Assembly (NCBI GenBank): GCA_903813345.2
Contig: CAIIXF020000001.1
Coordinates: forward strand, 27,466,001 to 27,530,000
Source of the DNA: Owenia fusiformis
Taxonomy: Eukaryota
DNA length: 64,000 nt
Reading direction: 5' to 3'
Shown here in pieces: positions 40,546-64,000 of this stretch (positions are counted from its first letter, which is position 1; each line of letters begins with the position of its first letter). A program made the translations under genes and the position numbers. The notes below the pieces were generated by a model that saw nothing but the letters and a program-made list of their open reading frames with translations, was not told the origin of the DNA and searched no databases.

Positions 40546-41159
40546 GCTTACACAGGTTGTTATAATTAAACCTCAATTGGTACAGTAGTAACTATTATAT
40601 TTCAAATGGTTAGATTACACAGGTTACTATTAAACCTCAATTGATGCAGTAGTACCTTTGGATTTCAAAAGGTTTACACAAGTTGCTATTAAACCTCAAT
40701 TGGTACACTGGTATCTATTAAATTTCAACTGGTTTACACAGGTTAGTATTAGACCTCAACTGGTACAGTAGTAACTATTAGATTTCACATAGTATACAAA
40801 GGTTACTATTAAATCTCAATTGGTACGGTAGTAACTATTAGATTTCAACGGGTTTACATAGGTTACTGTTAAATATCATCGGTACAGTAGTATTAGATTT
40901 TAAATGATTTACGCAAGTTACTATTAAACCTCAATAGGTACACTGGTATCTATAAAATTTCAACTGGTTTACACGGGTTACTATTAAACCTAGGCCTCAA
41001 TTGGCACAGTAGTAACTATCAGATTTCAAATGGTTTACACAGTTTACTTTTGGACCTCAATTGGTACGGTAGTAACTATTAGATTTCAAATGGTTTACAA
41101 GATTACTATTAAACATCAATTGATACACTGGTAACAATAGATTTCAACTGGTTTACACA
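40546..41159. repeat. ~60-bp degenerate minisatellite (~10 units), copy 2 within the duplicated block
   Basis: Same units, in the same order, as 38930-39543. Confidence 0.9.
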
Positions 41160-41914
41160 AAGGGGCGATCAATAAATTGCAAGAGACCCACTATTTCTGA
41201 CAATATTTGAAGTCACGTGATCAAACATACACATAAGTATAGTAGATCGATAGACCAGTAACAAATAATTGACTGAGTCAAATGTTATGAACAGCCTGTG
41301 TTAAAACATGAGTGCTATAACAACTGATGATTAGGTACCTGACGCACTTTCAGAATTCAAGTAACTATTTTCGTGTCCATAAAGCCTATTTACAATGGTA
41401 AGCAAAATATCCATATATTCTGTGAACCAGATTGACAAGTTTAACAAGTTCATTATGTGACATATTCTGTGATACGATGTATTAAATCATTTACGACATG
41501 CAATATGTGATTAAATGTTTGCCTTACTTGCACAAAATGTAAATTGTTCAAAGCTAGCAGTGAGAGGTAGTAACAAAAGCTAAGGATGTTGAACCAGTAA
41601 TTAATATCAGTAACTACATATTCAACATAATAAGACTATAATTTAATGAAACAATTTTATTTACTAACTACATACAGTGAACGCCTGTATTTATGGCGCT
41701 AATAACTCATATTCACATTTGTAATAAATTGTCATTAGCAGGTTGTTCTACAGCACACGCACCATTGGTATGTGTCCAAATATTGGTTTTATTGAATATA
41801 ATTTAAGCAAATGAATTCTTATTCATCTACATTATTAAGTACACGTTTTTGTATCCAGTTCTATGCATACGATGTTTCTAAGGTTATACCTTGTTTTGGA
41901 TTTTAGAAATCTAT

Positions 41915-57083
<15,169 letters not shown>

Positions 57084-59154
57084 CGTGGGCTGCTGATTAA
57101 TTTCCAGTCTAAAAGGTCAGGATGAACTGAAATTAAAAACAATTGTCTGTCTGGGGTCGATGCACTTTCTATATGTTTTGCAAAATTGAGAGGTACTGGG
57201 TGTTTCATAAAATCTATATCTCAGAATAAAGCTCATTAAATTTCGTTATGGAACAAATATTGGCAATATTTATTAAACGTCATTACATATATTTTCCATA
57301 TTTTGTGAACGTATGATTGGTACTCACTATCATCAGAATCTGCTCGATTTATGGTTTCTATTCGTAATGGATTTCAAGAGAGAGGCAGACCGATAGCTAT
57401 ATAATATATTGTATCATATAAGGCTCTCTAATTAGTTCTTGGAAAGATTGGTTTAATTTCCTCCAAATGGAAATATGTACATTCTTCGTGTACGTAATTA
57501 ATTGTAAATAATAGTGTTCTGAGGCATAGTTATCATCTATTGGCAGATTGTATGCTAAAGTCAAATTGGGACAGAAGAGATATGTAGTAAGTTGTAAAAT
57601 TGTCGAGCTTGTCAAAGTTATTTCAGTAAGGATAGAATACAATAGGATAAGCTTTCGTATGATATATTACATGATTATGGGGGTATGAAACTCTCTTAGA
57701 TTGGTGGTTAATTGAAGTTGGGACGGTCATTATGAAACACCATGTAAAGATTCTCTTATTTTCTCTTGCATTCTAAGAAAATTATATACCACCTATTAAC
57801 TATTAGTCAACCTCGTTCAGCCTAGGCGAGTGGGCGCCGTAACCACGAGGTTGCGAGTTTGAGACGCGTGTGCTCCTTGTGTTTATTCATCTATGTGACT
57901 TAGTCTGACACGATTTGTCACAGGTGTGAATAATAATTACTTTGTTTTAAAGGATCAAGGAAAGGATATTCAACCCGTGTTTGTTGTTTGTCATAATTAA
58001 ACCATACATGTATCTTCATACAGCCATTATCGATGATAACTGCCAAGTATGCGTAAATGGCAATATTTTAACAAACCAGATCAAGTCAGATACTTAATTG
58101 TTGAAAATGATCTAATGATTGAGTCGCAAAGAAAGCCGATTACACTTTGTACAGGTCTGTTATGATCTTTCGTTTCATTAATGGAATTCTTAAATCAAGC
58201 TTCATATTGCATGTCTCTCAAGTGACGCCCCATCCCACTCTCAGCCTCTCCTAAACAATTATGAAAAACGTCGATTATGTTAATTCTATATTGTTCCTTT
58301 AGATAATACTAACTAATACCTACAATGGAAGATAAAAACACTAATAAACAATAGAGGGTATTTACACAATTGCAATGCAAGGTTTGTCCAATTCCAACTG
58401 ATAACAGAAAACTTTATATAACCAATAACGAACTCAGGGTCACTAGATAAACAGTAGTCATGTTGATGACTGGACTCTACTGATTGAAATTGATACTTTG
58501 TCAGCTTGACCCTTGCAAAAATTCATTCATTGAAAATATGTTCTTTTAGTGATTTCGTATCTTTTAGGTGATTTTGTAGAAAATATTTTGCAATGTGTGA
58601 AAAGAATTTAAGCCTAGGACTCAACGCATTTTGTAACGGCCATTCCTTTCAGGCGTTGTTAACTAGAATTAACACTTGATGCTCCACATCTCGTGCATAT
58701 TTTGGAAAGCAAAAGCAATACCTTCCACATTGCCAAGGCTTAAATCCTTAAATATTGTCTCCGTGTCATAATATTACACATTCACACTCAGATTCTCACA
58801 AACAAATACGTTGCTATTATTTGAATTGCCAACTAATTTACACAGTACAATATTATTTGTCACCCGAATTGTCCTCAAGTTACAACCTCATCGGTGCGTT
58901 TGAGAATCATTTATCTTATTTAATTAGAGACAAGCTACTTAGCTCAATGACAAAGGTTATCAGCTAAAACAGTTTATTTTGAATCAAATAAATGAGCAAA
59001 AATTAAAGGGTATCTTTATAGACTATTATCCATTTCTTTATTTCGCAAACTATTTCTTGGGTTGTTTTCGCTCGGTGTTTAAAGACACCAAGAAAAGTTT
59101 GAATATATTCGAATCATCAAAACATTAAATTTTTCATCTTTGAAACCAAACACA

Positions 59155-59440
59155 ATGTAAACAGCACATTTTTAATCAACCCTATGGAAGGTTACAATGT
59201 ACAACAATAAACACAAAGTTATGCTTTAAATCATCCCCGCAATCTAATATATACAGGCGAAAGGTAAGACTATACATAAAACACAATATATCATTGATGC
59301 GCCGGAAGGCTTGACTGTACAATAAAACAACACAATATTAGCACATCCTTCATTGGTGCGGAAGGCTTGGCTATACGCACATCTTTCATTGATATGCGGA
59401 CGGCTTGACTATACAATAAAACACAATATCATGAACATCT
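59155..59440. repeat. Degenerate ~55-bp tandem repeat (ggaaggcttgactatacaataaaacacaatat...cattgatg), 3-5 units, in FAS intron 1
   Basis: Read directly. Confidence 0.6.
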
Positions 59441-59733
59441 TTAAACATTGATGGTTATCCTTGTAAAAGATAAAAATAGAAATAGACAGCAACATTCACG
59501 GCAAACATATTCAAACAGCAATTTTTAGCCAAGAAGAGAAATACACAAAAGCCATGAAAACTTCTTAGAAAAGAAAAACACAATCTTGATAATATCTGAG
59601 AAAATAAATAGCATTACATTTGATAATATAATATAAAAGTAAAAGAAATATTATATCATTAAACTTTAATTTGATACAATAATTGTGTTAATAGGCATAT
59701 CATGATACCTACATACTAATAATTGAAACTTAC

Positions 59734-59895
59734 CTGCCTGGGTCTGTCTTAATCAGAAACGTATAAATTGTTTCTCAATCCGATTTAGACAGGACGATTT
59801 GTAAGTTTGGTCATTTTTACTATTATGACATAAGATTCGTTTGCGCGATCTTATAAGAACTGATCACATGATCACCTGATCAATTGATCAGGGGT
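59734..59895 (-). promoter_or_regulatory. Putative FAS core promoter and non-coding exon 1: TATAAG (59855-59850), phased E-boxes (59865-59886) and donor CAG|GTAAGT at 59734
   Basis: Consensus donor pairs with acceptor ttttag|ACTGG at 57108, 25 nt before the ATG. CACATG, CACCTG and CAATTG sit directly upstream of the TATA element; an ATTGG (CCAAT) lies at ~60034. Confidence 0.6.
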
Positions 59896-60461
59896 AAATT
59901 ACAATTCTGTAGATGCGTCAGATGTTATGCCGTCAGATAACCACGATGTCATGATCCCACCCTGGGACCTCTTGAACACAATTATATTTAGCTACAGGAT
60001 GTAGGGTACAGGTATAAATTGTACCAGACGTGTATTGGTCAGCTTGATCTCTGTCGTCGTTTACAGTCAGATAATTAATGGTTATCAATTTATCAAAATT
60101 TCAACGCATTGATCTGTCATAACAGTAATCAAATATAACTTGTATTTGTCAATTTTGATAGATATTTATGAATAAATCGGCTATTACAACCCAATCAAAT
60201 TAATCAAACTAGTTTTGATATCAAGGCGACAAGAATGATAAAGTGCAAGACTTTGATATACTCCAAATACGGAAATAAGACCCTCATATGGAACTAGCTG
60301 CTATTTAGACCTTGTGTTCAAGGACGACATTTGCCTTACATACATCATTCCGATGATCAATGTCTAATACGTGACACCATTGGCCGTGTCAATATGATAT
60401 GAGCCTGTTTAAGATAGATTATATAGTATCATATCTAGTAGAAACAAGTTTCAGCAAGTTA

Positions 60462-61197
60462 CGAGGGGTGATCCAAAAGTCTTGGACGCCCTGCTCTAAT
60501 TTTGTTGGTTTTTGTGATAAAATAAACTTTCCAATAATAAAGACCAACAACCTAACTACTTTGTGTGTTAGTTTCATGGAGAAAGTATATATTTGATGTA
60601 GTATTCTAGATAGTTTTTAATATAGGAACCCTGCCACCCGGAACGGTATTCGCACATGACAACTTTCAGCCTTAATTGTTCCCGCCATTTCACTTGTTTC
60701 GCAAGTCTTGACCGCAATCTTTCTTTGAACTTTGAATGTTAAACCATGTTAGTTTACTATGTTATTAGGCAATCAATTAATTGTGTTTTAATTATCATGT
60801 CATATATGACAATGGCTGTATATGTCAAATTCTAAGAAAATGACATCAAACAAGCAACCCTCATTCTGGTATCATGTTTTGCTCCAAGATGGCTGCTAAA
60901 ATGGAGAACATGAAAGAAATCAAAGTGAAAGATATTCCCACTATTATTGACCTTGAGCAGCTACCATATGCACGATATAGTCTAGATATGGCTCTGTGTT
61001 ATTTTCTTCCTTTCTCCAAGTTGAAAGAAGGGTTGAAATAAAATGTTTTTTACTCATTGGATGAGGTTTAGAGTGGCACTCCAGCAGCATTTGTATCATC
61101 ACATTAAGCAATGGCGGTTTCATAAATGTCTTCCATTCATTGGTAAAGCGGTATGAAAAATGTGTTCAAATTCGTGGAAGATATGTTGAAAAGTAGG
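60462..61197 (+). mobile_element. Decayed, internally deleted mariner (Tc1/mariner) element
   Basis: TA-cgaggggtgatccaaaagt left TIR at 60460. Residual transposase pieces LPYARYSLDMALCYFLPFSKLKEGLK* (cf. mariner LPHPPYSPDLAPCDF.LF.KLK) at ~60961-61040 and LVKRYEKCVQIRGRYVEK* (mariner C-terminus) at ~61140-61196. Right TIR not seen. Confidence 0.8.
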
Positions 61198-63092
61198 TCT
61201 TAATATGTGAAGATGATGATGGCAGATGACACTCAGATTAAAAATCGGAAATTCTCTCATATCGTGACTGGTGTTAGGTTGTGCACCTACACCTAAAGTA
61301 TTTGCCATATTATAACATATTATTCACATCGGAATAGCTTTAGTCAGATACCGTTGTCACAAATGTCGGACATAACCGTCGCTTCAATCCACTTGGTCCT
61401 CATTTCATGGGATTTTATCATCGCCAATTCTGTGCATGCATTAAGTTCTTTTGATAATGTATCATATGAAATCCCATTTTCGATCAAATTGGGTCGAGAA
61501 TCGCCACATCTCATCTCATTTTGATCGGTTAAATTAAAGACTTTATTTCGATGGTAGAACATTATTAACTGCACAATGTGTATCAAGACACTTTGATTGA
61601 TTGTTGTTCCAAAGGAATTTAGTCATCGTATGTTACTCTGATAGATTTTACACTGTATCAAGCGAAGGTAACGGCCGTTACCTTCGCATTTAAGATGGCG
61701 GATGGTAATTGACGATTTCGATATTTTATTTTCATTAAATCAAACTATTAATAGTTGACGTAATGCTTTGAAATTTGAACCAAAGCAGGCTTATACGACA
61801 TGAAAACTCTGGAGTTTGATAATGTGTTCATAAATCGTGCGTGGGCCCAACAGTTCAACGATATCTTTGGAAGGTAACTAGAAATGCATGATACAGTAAC
61901 GGTCATGTTAGTTTTCAAGATGATGCAACTGGACATCTTAGCTCTCAATTATAAACTCGAATATATGATTACCTTATGATCTGTGACAAAAATCCCAGGG
62001 TTTCAAGATATCGTTGATGTGTAGTGTCTACGCATGGCATATGACAAAATGATCATACGTTTGATGATATTATTATATCTCGAGAATTCAGCAAAATATT
62101 TGCTGAAACTTCAAGATAATATCGTTAATCTTACCAGTAAGCGATACTTATGCCCAGAAAAACGACATTTGAACAAGAAAGAAATGGACACTCGGAGAGT
62201 TTGACAATGAAGGTGGTGGCAATTTTGAAGTTTCGCAAGATATTTAGCAAGAAAAACAGAAATCGTAGATGTCTTTCAGGGTTTTACTCATCCGAACAAA
62301 GCCCGGATGACAAAACAAAGCCCGGATGTTATATAACATCATATTTTCGAAGTTTGTTTTTGCTCGGTTGATTTCACTCGATTCTCTCGATCTACATGTA
62401 CTTCAAATGGCACCCTTCAAATCAAATTTAATTTCATGGCGGAGAAAACAGATTGCTTTTCTCGAAACTTTAAATATGTTTTATGTAATAAATAATGGCA
62501 AACTAAATAGAGAAATTACTAAAACAGTTTTAGTTTAAAATAGTTTATTTAAGTGTCACACGTATACAATAATTTACACTAAAAAAAATCAAAACTAGTT
62601 TTGTTATCGTTCGGGATATTGTTCGGTGTTTTAGCGGAATTCTTTTTAAAATTATCTCAAAACCATTTCTTGAAACAATTTTTTAGCTCTTCTCCCTTTT
62701 AATCATGTGACAAACTAGAAGCTTTGTAAGGGCCTTAAATCTTAATACCTGTTTGAGCCTCTACTTTTTGCAATTTTTTTCAAAGAATGGATTTACGTGT
62801 TTGCTCAAATATTTATATCATTGGTAACCTATGAATACCTGTACCAGTACGCACGGTTTCCGGTAAAATTGTGATATTTTTGGATTAACGAACAAGAGTG
62901 TTATTTTCGTGAAATATCTACACATGTAATATGAATAATATCATATAATTCATATTACACGTATACTTTTTATATTTTTCAAAATATATTTTTAAATTGC
63001 ATTTATCTGATCAAGAATGAGCTCTGAATTTCTTTTGACATAATACAAAACAAATCTTCGTGAATTTTGTTTTCGATTCAGTGCATTGCATA

Positions 63093-63475
63093 CACACGCG
63101 GTCCTAACTTCGACCGTTAATTTGAATTTTTGACCTACCGGATGTTTGAAAATCGAGGATTACGAGTCTCATACTGCACCGTTTTTCTTCAAACTTGTTT
63201 CATTCAAAGCATAACAAAAATCCCTTTCTGATGGTACATTATTCTCTTAAACAGAGTCCCTACTTCCAGCGGCATTTCGGCCCCCAGCTGTAAGAAGGCA
63301 TTCTAACAGCTGGGAACCAAAACGCTGCTAGAACGAGGGACTCTTTACAATAAAGTAATGCACCGACAGAAAGGCAATTTTGTTTTGCTTTTAATGGTAA
63401 AAGTTTGAAGAAAAACGGAACAGTATGAGACTCGCATCTGGTAGGTCTTAACGGTCGAAGTTAGTACCGCGTGAG
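63093..63475. mobile_element. Almost fully palindromic MITE (~380 bp hairpin)
   Basis: cacacgcggtcctaacttcgaccgttaa pairs with ttaacggtcgaagttagtaccgcgtgag; internal arms pair up to a centre at ~63295. Confidence 0.85.
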
Positions 63476-64000
63476 ACAATCACATATAGGCCTCTAAGTG
63501 TTGTACAGCATAAGATGAATATCGGACAGTGGCACTTGGGACGAATAAAAAATTGAACTCATTTCACAGTGAACTTGGCTCTGTTTCTTCGAGGATAACC
63601 TCATGTAATTTTTGTTATAAATTCCCAAGGTCCTTAAAGTGATGACAAAGCTCAGTTGTCACTTAAGTTCAACTAATTTACAATTCAATTTGTCTTAAAC
63701 TGATTGATGTTTTGTGGTTAAGGAACAGGATATAATTGTGACTTATACAACACTTAATTTTAAATGTGTCAATTTTATGTCATTGAATATGTCAAAAAGA
63801 TACCAGACTTATCTTTTTAATGTTGATTGTGTTAATATGTTTGACGTTTAGTGTCAATTTGTCATATTTATAGTAAGAGGGATGCTAATTGTCGTTACAC
63901 GACTGTTACATTTTCTCTTGCAACGTTTCTTTTAGTCTGTGTTTAAAATACTTTTAACGTCTATGTCATTGACAGGGATATATGTTGTGTTGGTGAAGTA

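Larger units (their letters stand above)
38078..41295. repeat. ~1.6-kb direct tandem duplication (38078-39679 / 39680-41295) containing the nAChR-like promoter and first ~17 codons
   Basis: Both copies run from aaaa(t/g)atacaattgaaactaaggaataagc to caaatgttatgaacagc. They differ by scattered SNPs and a ~12-nt indel (gggaccagattt near 40018-40030). Confidence 0.93.

Noticed and set aside
38930-41159. CRISPR-like ~60-bp repeats
   Set aside because: The whole unit is repeated with point variation and there are no spacers.
57805-57880. tRNA or tRNA-SINE (B-box-like gagtttgagac)
   Set aside because: No cloverleaf can be built; at most a decayed SINE remnant.

Overview
AT-rich, intron-rich eukaryotic (animal) genomic DNA with one 500-N assembly gap (915-1414). 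It looks like an invertebrate, possibly a lophotrochozoan; this is inferred from gene and repeat style and is not established. Most short ORFs in the supplied track are artefacts. Manual splicing with phase checks gives five protein-coding genes. (1) + strand secreted PAN/Apple-EGF-mucin-LamG protein (1969-9649, 4 exons, ~367 aa). (2) - strand secreted protein with two tandem copies of an unrecognised ~170-aa domain plus a C-terminal VWA domain (17076-11193, 11 coding exons, ~602 aa). (3) + strand GT92/DUF23-type glycosyltransferase (31450-33136; start exon not found). (4) - strand divergent Cys-loop nAChR-like subunit lacking the loop-C cysteines (38130-33888, 6 exons, ~492 aa), whose promoter and start codon are duplicated in a ~1.6-kb tandem block. 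(5) - strand complete animal type I fatty acid synthase (57083-41915, 28 coding exons, ~2601 aa, one GC-AG intron). Introns and intergenic DNA are full of fold-back/MITE elements, minisatellites, LINE fragments and a decayed mariner. The most interesting signals are a ~60-aa insertion in the FAS KS-AT linker with four RxRxxS/T kinase motifs and a calmodulin-target-like helix, a phased E-box array beside the FAS TATA box, the uncharacterised repeated domain fused to VWA, and the atypical receptor with a duplicated promoter.
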